A DNA stretch of 64,000 nt from Balanoglossus misakiensis (lineage: Eukaryota; Animalia; Hemichordata), in NCBI GenBank assembly GCA_040954595.2, contig CM082589.2, positions 9,932,894 through 9,996,893 of the forward strand, written 5' to 3'. The position numbers and the translations under genes were made by a program. Below the pieces are notes generated by a model. That model searched no databases. It was not told the DNA's origin and worked only from the letters and a program-made list of their open reading frames with translations. The first letter of the stretch is position 1. Each line of letters opens with the position of its first letter. This document shows positions 1 through 13,000 of this stretch, piece after piece.

Positions 1-639
1 AGGTATAATAATGATAAAAGCTTAAATAAGTGTTGGGGCACAATCTTCACATTGGTTAATGTGTATATTTTATTAATATCATGCTATTGTTTATCAGTTA
101 GATCATAATCAGGATTTTTCCATGCACATCGTCACCATGATTCAGCGGAATTCTTCTGAATAGTACCTGTGATCATTTTTCCGCACCGACGCATTGTACG
201 CGACAGACATGCAGAAAATATTAACATGTAACTCACAGGCATAATGTTAAATCTAAACGACTGTACGTTAGGTTAGCTTTACCTCCCCACCCCATCCAAA
301 TTCCAAATTTAGCTTGCCATGCAGTTTTCGGGTAGTACCAATTCGGAAACTTTCATGGTTCATTCATCGAACCAAATATTGGATTTGACACACTGTGCCA
401 TGGGTGGGTAAAGCATGGTGAAATGTTGGCGGTAAACTTTAACCAGGCAGGTCACATGAAATGAAGATATTATCCTTTGAGTTTGATGACATACATGATA
501 AGATATGTCAGTTTTGACACCTTTTTGCAGACATAGATGCTGATGTATTTTTTCCATTGGACACAGTAGTCAAAGTCCAGTCTGTGTTTAAAATGATACC
601 CTGGTCACACACAGTGAGAAATATCAGCCTTTGACTTAA
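1..639. repeat. Local duplicated segment (second copy at ~14052-14693); target site of the Kolobok insertion
   Basis: Near-identical text at 14052-14693. Both copies end in GCCTTTGACTTAA. Here the TTAA is followed by the Kolobok terminus; at 14690-14693 it is uninterrupted (empty site). Confidence 0.9.
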
Positions 640-2721
640 AGGGACAAAGTCTCTCTCTTTTTGCCTTTTTTCCATTACTTTTGATTCATTCAAGACACTG
701 TGTATGTTATTTTAAATGTTGATATATAGTGAATCAACGTTCGACCACACACAAGTTCCATCCCGCTTGTAGACACGAGAGTAAAAAAATCACCAAAATG
801 AATAATCGTTCTTTACCATTTATTCGAGCGCGGACGCGGGCCGGGCTTCGATCATTACCAATGTGCGCATGTGCAAGGGTATATACACAAAATGAAACGT
901 CATACATATAATTATAGCTGTAGCGACAGTCATGGCGGATGCTTTGGCGTCTGTTCCCAGTAGCAGTGGTAAACGTAAACGTGCTCGTGGCCGCCCACAA
1001 ACCACTGCTTCGGCAAAAAAACGTAAACAATTGCTGAAACAAGTAGGTCAGATAAACATTTTCTCGGAAATTCATCGTTGGAATGAAATCAAACGCTCCT
1101 TGGTATTGGAAACGAACCGCCAGGTCGCAAAGGTACTGATCGACCGGTAAGTACATATTCGTGCATTCACTGTGTACGTACTCCATAGCCAAAGATACGG
1201 CATGAATTGTGTACATGAATTTAGAATCTGTGTCTCACAGAATCACTGCGAGCATCATCTCAATGTAATTCTAAATGTGCTGTTTCAAGTCGTATTTCAC
1301 TTAGTGATTTTGCCCAGCGCATACCTCGCCCTCGACCAGCAGTTGTATGTAGTACGCTGGACCGTTTGTATCAATGTATGACTATGCGAGATAAATTGTA
1401 CGGTACTGCAATTTTTTTTTTTTTTCTTTTTTTTCCTCCGGACAATCTACATGTATTACTGTTATCGAACATACGAGACAATATGCTTTTAGCGGAATTT
1501 GGTTGTTCTTTGTTCTGCTACAACTTCCGTTTTGTTATAGCCAGTTGTGTACATTTCTTGAGCTGTATATGAACTGAAGAAAAATTTGGCTATTTTCTCG
1601 TAGTTATCTTATTCTCACCTTACGTGTCTGTAACCTGTCCTCTGAGGCAAATTATGGCTGTGTGTAATCCCTTCTAAAGACAGAAATTGGCTACGTAAAC
1701 AAGCCATTGTAAAGGCAAAAAAGGTTCATTGTGTCTTATTATTTGTGTGGACAGGTATTATGAACATCAAGTTACAGCAACAACAGATGCAGAATTTACC
1801 AGGCCTGCATCATCTCCAAGTGGCCAAGAAACACTGCAAGTATTTGCACCGTCTATGGAAACTAGGTACCAAATAAATTTTGATCATGATACTTTGAGCT
1901 TTGTATAGTACACAATAGATTTTCATATTTGATGGGGCTCTTGCAGTATACATGATGTATATTGTTTTAAAGAGGTGACATGTTTTTATGGCTCATGAAA
2001 AGTAATTGTGTCCGTAATATAATTTATAGAAATGAAACAATGAAATGTTGCATTCCACATAGTTATCTGTGTGATAGATGGGAATACCTAAAAGTATATA
2101 TTTGTTTCTTAAAATTTATAGGCAACGTGATGATCAAGGACAAGCCACCCAAACTTTTCCTATGACATCAACGCCAGGAAATGGCCATCTTTGTGATATC
2201 GAAAAAAATTTAGAAGAATTAGTTGCATCAGAAATATCATCAGTCAGGTAGGTGTTTAAGCACTGTTTTTTTACATTACATGATAATTTCAATGCTTCTA
2301 GCCACAATCTGTAGTATGAGGAAAAGCCTCTGCTCAAACTCTCAGGTGACAATAATCAACATAACAATGGCGAAGTATACCTGACATTTGCCCTCCAATA
2401 AACAACCAAAATCATCCTATACAATTTATTCAGTGTGTTGACCAAGACATTCACGTCTATGGTTTTAATCCAGCAAACATAGGTTTTTCACTGCTTACTG
2501 GTTGGGGGATTAGGGGGAACTGGAACCTACAACGTTTGTGCAGACCTAGTTTGTCATGTATCAAATTTTAGTCTTTTTTTTCTTTGTACAGGGTTTCTTC
2601 CATCTCTGGAATTGCAGAGATAGATGTTCAGGAGATAGGAGAATCATCACAAGAGAAACCTATGGAATCTACAGAAGGCCCATCACAGCCAGTACAAAGT
2701 GAAAGGTATGACACTATCTTT

Positions 2722-3105
2722 TCTTACACTCCCCGTACGCTGGGAGTGTGAGAACAGAGTGTGGGAACAAATTGTTCTCACAATCTCACTGAATAGAAAG
2801 CTGTATATGACGTGAGTGCTGATTGGTTAACAAAGTGTTCTGTCGCTACGCGCACTAAATGTTATCCAATGGCGCGATGTGTATTACAGGCACAGAGACT
2901 ACAACGTGCCCCCAGACAACAATTCCAGAGTCATTTATTCAATGTTTTTAACGAACTTGGCTAATTTGTGACCGTGTGAGAAAAAGAATCTCACACACCA
3001 AGGACCTGGGATCATATTTCTCACACTCGTCGGGGATATTCGGGGATATTCCCCAACTCTTGTGAGAAATGTGATCCCAGGTCCTTGGGAGTGTGAGATT
3101 CTATT
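2722..3105. mobile_element. Small non-autonomous element with long terminal palindrome (possibly Crypton-like), intronic
   Basis: Imperfect ~118-bp hairpin at 2985-3102 (AGAATCTCACAC.CCAAGGACCTGGGATCA.ATTTCTCACA / reverse complement). Repeated GTGTGAGAA motifs also occur at 2745-2785. The family assignment is a guess from architecture. Confidence 0.5.
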
Positions 3106-4275
3106 AATCTGAAGATAAACTGTAGTTAGGTAAACTTTTATAGTGAAATGTGGCTTTCCCCCCTCTTTTGTACCTTTTGTGATAAACATTAATCTCCTGC
3201 TTTAGGACAAAAGCAGGAGCGACTGCTTTACATACATGTAAATGTACTAATTTCTAACTCCCTTGCTTATGCTTGTGTGAATAAGTTATTCTGTGTAGCT
3301 ATCAACATGAAAATATTTCTTAGAAAGCAAAATGGCAAATGTTTACCAAGCACCCTAAATTTACTTGTGTGAAACCAAGATAGAGAGGAACCTGTAAAAA
3401 TAAGCAGTGATGCTGCTGTCCCTGTGTGCCCCTGTCACTTTGTTTCAGAGTTCAATTTTCATGTGTGTTATATTTAGTTCACAGCTGTAAATTAGTTCAG
3501 TACATATTGCCGTCTCATGTGTGCCTATTTTGTCATTTTTTTCTCCAGCGGCCGTGTAAGATTTCCAAGAAATTTGTCTGAGTCTTTCATCAATCCATTT
3601 GAGTAAGTTTTCCTTATTCTATTGTCATATACGGCATGCATGTATCCCTTGCTTGAGCAAGCCTTTTCGATTGCTTCTTTTCTCCTGTTACACTAAATTT
3701 AAATTTGTTGGGAAAATCAGTTTCATGACATGCATCACGTGTGTCAGAACATTTGCTTGTACTTAAATTCATGGGAAATGTTTTCTTTCTTTTTTGTGCT
3801 TATGAGTGACTATATGTATTTTTAGTGAGCAGCATTGTCCCACTATTCAGATTAATTCCTTGGTTTTATTACTACCAGGTTGAGCATTGATATTTCTGAG
3901 GAAGACAAAGAGGAAGACATGAACCTATGTGACGATGATGATTATGACTATGAGCCCAGCTTTGATATTTCTATAATGTAAGTGCGCATTTATCACTATC
4001 ATCAAAGTTCCTTATTGGATGGGTACACAACAAATGGAAAGCAAAATATCCTCATGGTTAAAAAAAGCCTAAGTGTTGGACGCTAAAATTCATATATATG
4101 ATAAATTTTCTTTTATGAATGAAACATCAACTTACAACATTTGTACTAACAGCTGACTGACAAACTCTGATGGACAAGTCATGAGCATTGTTAGGATTTT
4201 TTGTCCATTTCTCAGAACTAATGGCGCGCAGGTGGTTCCTGCCATTGGTGACGACGATATTGAAAGTGACGGTGG

Positions 4276-4276
<1 letters not shown>

Positions 4277-4303
<27 letters not shown>
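4277..4303 (+). repeat. (GAT)n microsatellite encoding poly-Asp in the transposase N-terminal region
   Basis: gatgatgat... run, in frame within exon 4216-4509. Confidence 0.9.
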
Positions 4304-4306
<3 letters not shown>

Positions 4307-5625
4307 ACACCATCACCGGGTCTGCAGAGAGTTGTCACAGAAGAAGATGGGGAAAGCCTCCTTGGTGACTCTACAACATGTCTGTTTTTTTTAACCAGCT
4401 TCTGGCCCTTGGCAAAAAATCTATTAGGCAAGTCTGTGCATTGAAGTCTTGCAGTGGATTGATATCCTCTACTTCAAAGTTTGTTGGCTCAGCTTTATAT
4501 CTAAAGTGGGTGAGTGTGAACTAAATATGGTATATTCTTGACAATTATTGTTAAACTATACCAACTGTAGTGTGCATTGTATGGACAATCACTATGCCAG
4601 TATTATTTAGATGAACAGGAAACTCTAGTTATAATCCTATGTGGGTGCACATTGTTCCTTTAGGTTTATAATAAAAAACAATAGTCAACTGAAATTACAA
4701 AGTTATCGGTATTAACATCTGTTTTATCGTGTCTTGGAGAAATCAACATGAAATGATCAAATAAGCATGAATCTTTAAACTTTTTTTTTTCAGGAATGCT
4801 CAGCTGGTCACCTTGAGTACGAATGGTGTTCACAACCAATTTTGAACAGGAGACTTCATAGTGGTGATCTCTTCACAGCAGCTGCCATTCTATTGTCTGG
4901 TAATAATTATGCCAAAATTAATTTTTTGGCAAGCATTCTGTCACTCAGAATTTGCTCCCAGAATACTTACAATAGAATTCAGAAAGCTTATCTAATACCA
5001 TGTCTTGATGAATTTTGGATACGACAACAACAAGACATCATTGATTCATTTGATGGCCAAGAACTTGTTTTACTGGGTAAGTTTTTAGCTTCATTGTTAA
5101 TGACACGCACCTAATCTGATTGGCTCACCCCACTGATTATCCATCACATGTCAGCCAATGCACTTGTAATTTATGTCTAAAAGTTTATACTTACACACTC
5201 TATTCTGCTGATTTAGAAAAGAATACAATAGTTATTATTTGGTGGCATTTACTTCCTCATTTGCATCATTTCATACTCATTGTAAAATCATTGAATTGGA
5301 AATGTTCTCACTTATGCATACTTATGTATAATTTGACTGACATATTTACTTGATTATGTCTCAGGTGATGGGCGAATGGATTCCCCGGGTTTTTGTGCGC
5401 AATATTGCACCTATACTGTGATGGAGGAAACCACCAAGAAAATTCTGTCGATAATAACCATGGACAAAAGAGAAACAGAGAAGAAGTCAACAAACATGGA
5501 AAAGGCCTGCCTTGTTAAAAGTCTAAACCAGCTTCAGGAGAAAGGTGTAAATGTCAAAGAAGTCGTAACAGATGCCCACATGCAGATTACAGCTCTGATG
5601 AGTAAGTGTAATTTTATGATTTTAA

Positions 5626-6420
5626 GATGGGTCCCTAGGATCTTTTTGCCCGTTGCTATGGGCCTTTATAGGACATTACACCCCGATTTGGACTAAGCCG
5701 TTTTCAGAGTCTAACAAGGGGCTGGTAACTAGTTGAAAATCTGCACGATTGTGAGCGCGCGCCCCCTGACGCCATTGATATGCAAATTAGCTAGGTCAAA
5801 TTTCAAAAGCCTAAGGCTTTTTATTCCGTGACCTCAAAAACGAACTTGATACGTATTCATTAGTTGCTTGAACCAGGGAAGATCGTGACGGATTTTGTTT
5901 TCGAATATTATCGTTGTATCCTACGATTTCAGCATACCCGTACCACACCTGAAAAAGTCATCGATTTTGGGTGTTTTTGGACGCACTCTTCCACCGGTAT
6001 CGCTTCTTAGCACGACGAAAACCGAAAAAACGATCCGTCACACTATGCGGAAGTGCGTTCTCAACAAGCAGGTCAAATTTGGCTGGCCTACGTCGCCTAT
6101 GAAAAAAGCCTTAGGGATTTTCGTGAACGGTACAAAATCTCTGTGTACAAAACATTGGATATTTAGCGTTCGATCCAGTTACTGTGGTTACAGGACGCGC
6201 ACGCTATCGGTGACTGCTGCTTTGCCGTATTAGCGTGGCGGCCTATGGCCGGGCGGTAGCTGCCGTAACCATACTCGGACAGGGGGTGTGCACACAATCG
6301 TGCGTATTTTTAACTAGTTACAAGCCCCTTGTCGGACGTTCATAACGGTTTCGATCAAAATTGAGTGTAGTGTCCTATAAAGGCCCATAGCAACGAGCAA
6401 AAAGATCCTAGGGACCCATC
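5626..6420. mobile_element. Non-autonomous TTAA-specific MITE (Kolobok-like termini), 795 bp, intronic
   Basis: TTAA TSD at 5622-5625 and 6421-6424. Imperfect TIRs of ~140 bp begin GATGGGTCCCTAGGATCTTTTTGC and end GCAAAAAGATCCTAGGGACCCATC. Confidence 0.92.
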
Positions 6421-6906
6421 TTAACTTGGGTTATATGTTGCTTTGAAATGCCAAAAGCAAAGCTGTTATACAGGTCAATGTTGATTTTGTTTTTCTGAGA
6501 TAATGTATTTGGCAATCATAACACTGTCATTTTGAAGCTCCATTTGTAATCACATTTACCCACTCTTATAGGAGACGATCACCCAGACATAAAACATTCT
6601 CATGACATTTGGCATGCTGCCAAGAACTTGTCAAAGAAGATCATAAAGGTTAGACAAACTTTTATTCTTGTATTCAGTTTTCATTTATCTTCTAAATATG
6701 TGTGACACTGACACATAACAATGTAAGGGTATAGAATGTTACTAACTGATCCTTCTATCATTTTGGGTGGGGTGGGTGTCAAACTACCTTTGAAAATAGT
6801 TATGGCAATATTCAAATTGTGCAGTTGTTATTTGCATCAGTAAATGTCACAAACAAGTTCAGGTCTATGGTGAATAGTTATGAACCATCAGTTTATATCA
6901 GATCAT

Positions 6907-7060
6907 TGTGATAGTATTGTCATGATCACGTGATTGTCACATGGTCTGTATACGTGATTTCCTGTAACTGTTAGTTCCCGCGTGGTTGTCATTCAATAAA
7001 CATCACTTCTGTGGAACTCCGTCGTTGTCGACTGTCAATAACCCCTCCCCGGACATCACA
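6907..7060 (+). repeat. 5' LTR of Gypsy element 1
   Basis: TGTGAT...ATCACA inverted termini, contains AATAAA, identical to 11754-11907. Confidence 0.97.
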
Positions 7061-7064
7061 TAAA

Positions 7065-7077
7065 TGGCGACGAGGAT
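7065..7077 (+). promoter_or_regulatory. Primer-binding site, tRNA-Ser(GCU)-type
   Basis: TGGCGACGAGGAT just after the LTR; complementary to the ...ATCCTCGTCG-CCA 3' end of metazoan tRNA-Ser(GCU). Confidence 0.8.
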
Positions 7078-7160
7078 TTAGTTGTCTAAATTAACTATCG
7101 AAGAACATACGCAAGCAACCTTTACGAGATTTGGTGACTTTTTAGCCGTGATTTGAGTGC

Positions 7161-10100
7161 ATGAAAATGTCTACACCCGTAACGCTGTCCGGACTGCCAG
7201 GAGTGGCGGGATTCGACTGTGAAGGCGAACCGGAGGCTCTTCAGCAAAGGTGGGAGCGTTGGCTTCAGGAATTTGAACTGTTCGTAGCAGCTTCTGGTGT
7301 TTCAAATAATGCGCAGAAGCGTGCCTTACTTTTGCACATGGCTGGAGCGGGCATCAGAGACATTGTTAGCACTAAATCTGAAGATGAAACTGGTGACGTC
7401 ACAAACTGCGCAACGTTGATAGCATGTTTGGATAAACACTTTCAACTGCAGAAAAACGTTCCTATGGCGAGACAGAAGTTTTACAGCGCAACTCCCACGT
7501 CCGGGGAGACGGTCGACAGCTACGTAATACGTCTCAAGAACCTACTGAAAGACTGTGATTTTCCCGAGACGGAAAAAGACAACCAGATAAGAGATCGTGT
7601 CTTGCTCTACATCAGCGACAAGGTGCTAAAAAGCAAGCTGTATCGTGAAAAGAATTTGGACACTACCAAACTACTACAAATCATACGGTCGTATCACGAC
7701 AAAGATGCACTAGTTTTGGTGTCTGGTACTCAAGCTGTGAGTGCAAATGCAGTCAATATTGGCGGTAAACGTACGCGCGCCAAAAACAAAATGGCGGACT
7801 TAGCCTGTTTCCGTTGTGGAAGGAAAGGTCACATGCAACGTGAATGTCGCGCCAGTACAAGTGGTAGTTCTCGCAATGCCGAACAAAAATCCGACCGGTG
7901 TTTCCGATGTCAAAAACCGGGACACAGAGCTGCAGACTGTCGTGCTAAGTGGGAAGACTGTCCGTCTAAAGACAGTGAAAATGGCAACAGTCGAGGCAGT
8001 GGTGGTAACCGCAGCGCACGTGGACGTGGCCGTACGCGTGGTGATGGTCGCGGTACACACAAGGTAGCTCAGACGACTACTGATGCAAACGCCGATGGTG
8101 GCCATGCAGACGTCGAGACTGACGAGGAGAAAGCGTACTATGCTTTCAATGCTGCTTTCCGTGCTTCCAGTGGGAAGGACCTCACTGATACAGGTATTCA
8201 GATCGAGAATCAACACGTGCCGGTTATCATCGACAGTGGTGCTACATGTAATCTCATTGGTGAAAGACAATTTCGCAGACTTGCTGAAAAGCGTGGTGTG
8301 AAAGTTCGAAATTGTAACAATAAAGTGTTTACCTATGGTTCTAGTAAACCTTTAGATATATTGGGTAAATGTGCCTTACATGTTGAAGCGCCTACTAAAA
8401 AGAAATGTATTGCTGATTTTATAGTGATCAAGGCTGATCAACCGATTTTGTTGAGTCGGAGTACTTCTGAGAATTTAGATATGTTGAGAGTTGGAAATGT
8501 GAATCTGTACACGATAAATTCAATATCTGCTGATAATTCTTCGCCAATTCTTGCAGAATTGCGGAGGAAATATCCTGAGGTATTTAATGGGTTGGGTAAG
8601 TTAAAGGGCTACAAGCTCCATTTGCATATTGATGAGAGTGTCAAACCCATAGCCCAGTACCGGCGAATTCCTTTCAACCGCCGTGCTAAAGTTGTTGAAA
8701 AAACTCAACGAGCTTCAAAAGCTGGGAGTAATAGAGAAGGTTTCGGGTCCGACCTCTTGGGTCAACCCCCTTGTAACAGTACAAAAGCCTGATGGGGATA
8801 TCAGACTATGTCTGGACATGAGAAAAGCAAATCAAGCCATTGTTAGGGAAAGACACCCTGTTCCCACCATGGATGAAACGCTAGAGGAAATTTCAGGGGC
8901 CAAGGTATTTTGCAAGCTTGATATGAATATGGCTTTCCATCAAATTGAGCTCGATGAAAAGAGCAGGGATATTACAACCTTTTCAGGGCCCAACTCTTTG
9001 TATCGCTACAAGCGTTTAGTTTTTGGTGTGAACATGGCGACTGAAAAGTTTCAAAATCTAATTAGCCAGGTTTTGAAGGGCTGTGAGGGTGCCCACAACA
9101 TGCATGATGATATTAGAGTAGTAGCTGAAAATTATGAGCAGCTGCATGCCAGAGTTGGGAAAGTGATCAAGCGTTTTAGTGAGCATGGTTTAACGCTGAA
9201 CTTTACAAAATGTAAGCTAGGAGACAATATGATATTCATGGGTCACTTGATGACGGCCCAGGGTATGAAACTCACTGATGAGAAGGTCAAAGCTATTGTA
9301 AAAGCTCGAACGCCAACTGACAAATCAGAATTGAGAAGTTTCTTTGGGCTGGCTCAATTTTGATCAAAATATGTCGATAAATTTGCAACAGTGACAAGCC
9401 CACTGTGGGATTTGACTCGCAAAGATGCAAAGTGGAAATGGCTTCCCAAGCATGAGAAAGTATTCAATCTCATCAAACATAAATTGACCACAAGTCCATT
9501 CATGGCTTATTTCAAGCAGGGTGCTAAAACTCGAGTCACTTCTGATGCATCGCCCGTTGGTGTTGGAGCAATCCTTGAACAAATGCAAAGTAATGGTTCA
9601 TATCAACCAGTGTACTATGTTAGCAGAAAGCTTACACATGTTGAGTCGAGGTACTCTCAGTTTGAGCGAGAGGCGCTTGGAGTTAAATGGGCATGTGAGA
9701 AACTTCAGCAGTTTCTGCTAGGCAGTCATTTTGAGGTCAGAACTGACCATAAGCCTTTATTGAAAGTATTCAGCCCTAACTCCAGGCCCCCTTCAGCTAG
9801 AATTGAGAGATGGCTGTTATATATGCAACAATTTGATTATCATATCACCCATATCAAGGGAAAGAATAATTATGCGGACATGTTGAGTAGATTGCCCGTG
9901 GACGAACCATCTGACAACTATTGTAGAGAGACTGAAGATTTTGCATGTAGTGTTGTTTTAGAGGCTATGCCATCTGCTATCACCCCACGTGATATTGAGA
10001 GAGAATCTGCAAAAGACCAGAGCTTGCAATTGGTTGAAAAGTGTATTACCTCTGCAAATTGGTCAAAATTGAAGTCTTCACCCTATTGGCATGTGAAAGA

Positions 10101-11502
10101 CGAATTATGGTTGTATGGCAGATTGATCATGCGTGGTAACAGATTGGTTGTTCCTCAAGTTTTGCAAAGAAAAATCTTGAAAATTGCACACCAGGGTCAT
10201 CAGGGAATTGTGAGGACAAAGGCTCGTTTACGTGACAGAGTTTGGTGGCCAGGAATGGACAGGGATGTGGAAAAACTGATACGATCCTGTCATCCATGTC
10301 AATTGGTCAGTGCCAGGCCAAACCCAGAGCCATTATTACCCACACAGTTACCTGAAGGACCATGGTTCGATTTAGCAGTTGATCTTTTGGATGTATGTGA
10401 TGGTGAGAAATTACTAGTGGTAACTGATTTATACTCTAGATGGCCTGAAGTAGTTTTGTTAAAGAAAACAGATGCTGCCCATGTCATAAAAGCCATGGAA
10501 GCTATGTTTCTTACACATGGGTTGCCTTACTGTGTCAAATCAGACAATGGTCCACCTTTTACCTCAGCCGAGTTTGAAGGTTTCCTTGATTACTTAGGTA
10601 TTGATCATGAATATTCCATTCCATACTGGCCTCAGAGCAATGGAAGTGTTGAGAGGCTGAATGAAATAATTTTGAAGTCTGTACGAATTGCTAAATTGCA
10701 AAAGAAAAGTTGGTACAAAGATTTGACACATTTTCTATTTGAATATAGAAATACACCCCATACTGTGACAGGCATATCTCCTGCTATGGCTCTGATGGGA
10801 AGAGAGTTTAGGGACAAAATTCCTAGACTGAGAATTCCATCCCAAACAATCAATGAGTCTGATTGGCAAATCAAAATGAGAGAAAGAAACAACAGAATGA
10901 AAATGAAACAAAAGTTCTATGCCGACAACAGGAGACATGCCACTTCCTCAGATATCAGGGAAGGTGATACTGTTTTGCTCCAGCAAGCATTTAGGCAAAA
11001 CAAACTCACTCCCAATTTCGAGACAGAACCATACAAAGTCATCCAGAAAGATGGAGGTGCGTTATTATTGGAAAACTCCAAAGGTGTAAAAAGAAGGTCC
11101 ACTGGACATGTAAAGAAATATGTTGAGGAATATCCAGAATTTTCCTTCCAGGGCACTGAATGGAACTCCAAACATTTGACATATGAACAACCTCAAAGGG
11201 TTCAAAATGGTGTTCCATCCTGTAACCCCCATATCCATGATTTGTCTACACATAACAACCTGGATAACTTGCCAGTATAACCCGTCTGTTCTAGTCAGAA
11301 ATCAACTGGACCAGCATGTCCTAGTCCTGTTTCACCTACTGGTACAGCATCGTTGGAAACGATTGTAAATGTTCCTCCAACAATGCCAGTGACAAATTCA
11401 CCTAAGACAAATGTAAACCCCAATAGTACTGATGTGAGACGCTCAACAAGAATAAAATCTAAACCTCCTTGGCACAAAGACTATTGCATGCCAGAAGGAT
11501 AG
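7161..11502 (+). pseudogene. Gag-Pol polyprotein (2 CCHC knuckles, protease, RT, RNase H, integrase) with three lesions
   Basis: Knuckles CFRCGRKGHMQREC and CFRCQKPGHRAADC; protease IIDSGATCN; RT SWVNPLV..IRLCLDMR..MHDDI; RNase H TSDASPVG..EREAL..TDHKPL; integrase AHQGHQG..CHPC, VDLL..SDNGP..NGSVER; C-terminal RRSTRIKSKPPWHKDY. Lesions: +1 A at ~8698-8703, in-frame TGA at 9361, in-frame TAA at 11278. Confidence 0.95.
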
Positions 11503-11753
11503 ATTATATTGACATAAGACTGTCCACAAACATTATGGAATGAGTTTCTGTAGAGCAAATTTTCTCTTGGAGATTTGTATTTTCCTAGTTATGAAGTTCT
11601 CAAGTTCTTGTTAAGGTTAAGGTTCTGTTTGTTTTCGTTTGTTAGAACATGATCATTCACAAAGCATTACAATTTGACAGTGTTGGCAAATTTCATACTT
11701 TCCAAAGCGAGTTGTAAACTTAAAGTACAAGTTTTCTTCTAAAGTTGAGGAGA

Positions 11754-11907
11754 TGTGATAGTATTGTCATGATCACGTGATTGTCACATGGTCTGTATAC
11801 GTGATTTCCTGTAACTGTTAGTTCCCGCGTGGTTGTCATTCAATAAACATCACTTCTGTGGAACTCCGTCGTTGTCGACTGTCAATAACCCCTCCCCGGA
11901 CATCACA
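11754..11907 (+). repeat. 3' LTR of Gypsy element 1
   Basis: Identical to 6907-7060; preceded by AAAGTTGAGGAGA. Confidence 0.97.
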
Positions 11908-12249
11908 ATCATGAGTGTATTCTGTGTTTTTTTAAGGCTGCACAAAACAAAGAGTGCAAACCACTGCTGAAATGGGTGACCCACATTGTGAACCACTTTT
12001 GGTATTGTTGTCAAAAAGCATCAGATATGGACAAGTTTCTGGTAAGTATTACTTATCATCAGCTAGCCTAGATGTTAAAATGTGTGATACTATAGAGACT
12101 TCTTAGGGTAATCTTAAAAATTAATATTTGATAATAAATATTGAGACATGTTTTAACATTCAATTGGATTGGTTGCTGCTGTTTTGCTGTGCATTGAACA
12201 TGTCATAGTTCATGTTATTGCAATAGTGATTTATGGGATTGTAAACTTT

Positions 12250-13000
12250 ACTAGGGCAGAGAATAAGTACCCCTGGCCCTTGCTAGGGCAGAGAATTGGT
12301 ACCCCTGGTTAATACTTGGCAAAAAGCAATTTTATTTTACATTGCTAATGAAATGGTGACACTGAATCTGATTCTTTGCATCAGGGTAAATGGCGATGCA
12401 AGCTTGATGATGCATCCCGGTAGATAGTGATGCAAACACTTCACTTTGACATGGGTATTAAATGCATGTGGGGATTAAAAGTTGACTGAAAATCCCTGGG
12501 TTAATACAAGTCCAAAAGCACTGAAATTTGACATAGCTAATACAATGGTGACATTGAATGTGATTCTTTGCATTAGGGGAAATGGCGTAGCAAGCCTAAT
12601 GATGCATCAGTGTAGATGGTGATCCAAGCTCTGCGCTTTGGCATACGTATTTAATGCATGTGCATGGGTATTTAATGTTGAATGTAAATTCCCAGGTTAA
12701 TATATGCATGGGTATTTAATGTTGAATGTAAATTCCCAGGTTAATATATGCATGGGTATTTAATGTTGACTGTAAATCCCTAGGTTAATACATGGCCATA
12801 AGTACTGTAAGGGGTAGATGGTGATGCAAGCTCTGCACTTTGACATGGGGATTAAATGCATGCTGAGGGGGATTTTAAGTTGTCTGTAAATCCCCAGGTT
12901 GATATGTGGCCAAAAGCACTGTAATTTGACATTGCTAATGATGGTGAGCTGTACTCCCCAGGGAGTTGAATGGAATGTTTAGGTCCAACGACCTAGGTCA
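12250..13000. repeat. Degenerate tandem repeat region (~190-bp units with an internal ~45-bp triplication)
   Basis: AAAAGCA..ACATTGCTAAT..ATGGTGA recurs at ~12322, ~12514 and ~12912. TGCATGGGTATTTAATGTTGA.TGTAAAT occurs three times at ~12661-12790. Confidence 0.7.

Larger units (their letters stand above)
6907..11907 (+). mobile_element. Full-length Ty3/Gypsy LTR retrotransposon (Mag-like, short LTRs)
   Basis: Identical 154-bp LTRs with TG...CA ends; 5-bp TSD ATCAT at 6902-6906 and 11908-11912; PBS; purine-rich tract 11741-11753; gag-PR-RT-RH-IN order. Confidence 0.97.
640..12041 (+). mobile_element. Kolobok-superfamily DNA transposon, left end plus 3'-truncated transposase gene
   Basis: TTAA at 636-639, then AGGGACAAAGTCTCTCTC (purine-purine terminus). 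About 185 bp of terminus is homologous to the arm of the MITE at 16587-16928. An empty TTAA site exists at 14690. The element encodes a Kolobok-like transposase. No matching right end with TTAA was found, so the right boundary is uncertain (>=12041). Confidence 0.85.
932..12041 (+). pseudogene. Multi-exon Kolobok-type DDE transposase (frameshifted, C-terminally truncated)
   Basis: Phase-compatible GT-AG exons: 932-1146, 1755-1865, 2122-2247, 2592-2705, 3549-3602, 3879-3977, 4216-4509, 4794-5076, 5365-5601, 6572-6648, 11937-12041. Motifs: ECSAGH..WCSQP, LLGDGRMDSPGFCAQYCTY (first D), VVTDAH (second D), HSHDIWHAAKN, IVNHFWYCC. There is a 1-nt frameshift in the T-run at ~4385-4392. No exon with the catalytic E and no KolX gene were seen. 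Confidence 0.85.

Noticed and set aside
734-1216. 160-aa minus-strand ORF and other antisense ORFs over TE coding regions
   Set aside because: Shadow ORFs of the Kolobok exon 1 and the retroelement genes; no independent support.
8690-8710. Programmed ribosomal frameshift in Gypsy 1
   Set aside because: It lies inside the RT N-terminus rather than at the gag/pol boundary and is a +1 extra A in a homopolymer; more likely a mutation or error.
12385-12425. Possible next Kolobok exon (AG|GGT AAA TGG CG..)
   Set aside because: Hits a stop within ~12 codons, lacks the expected His-rich motif, and is part of a tandem repeat.
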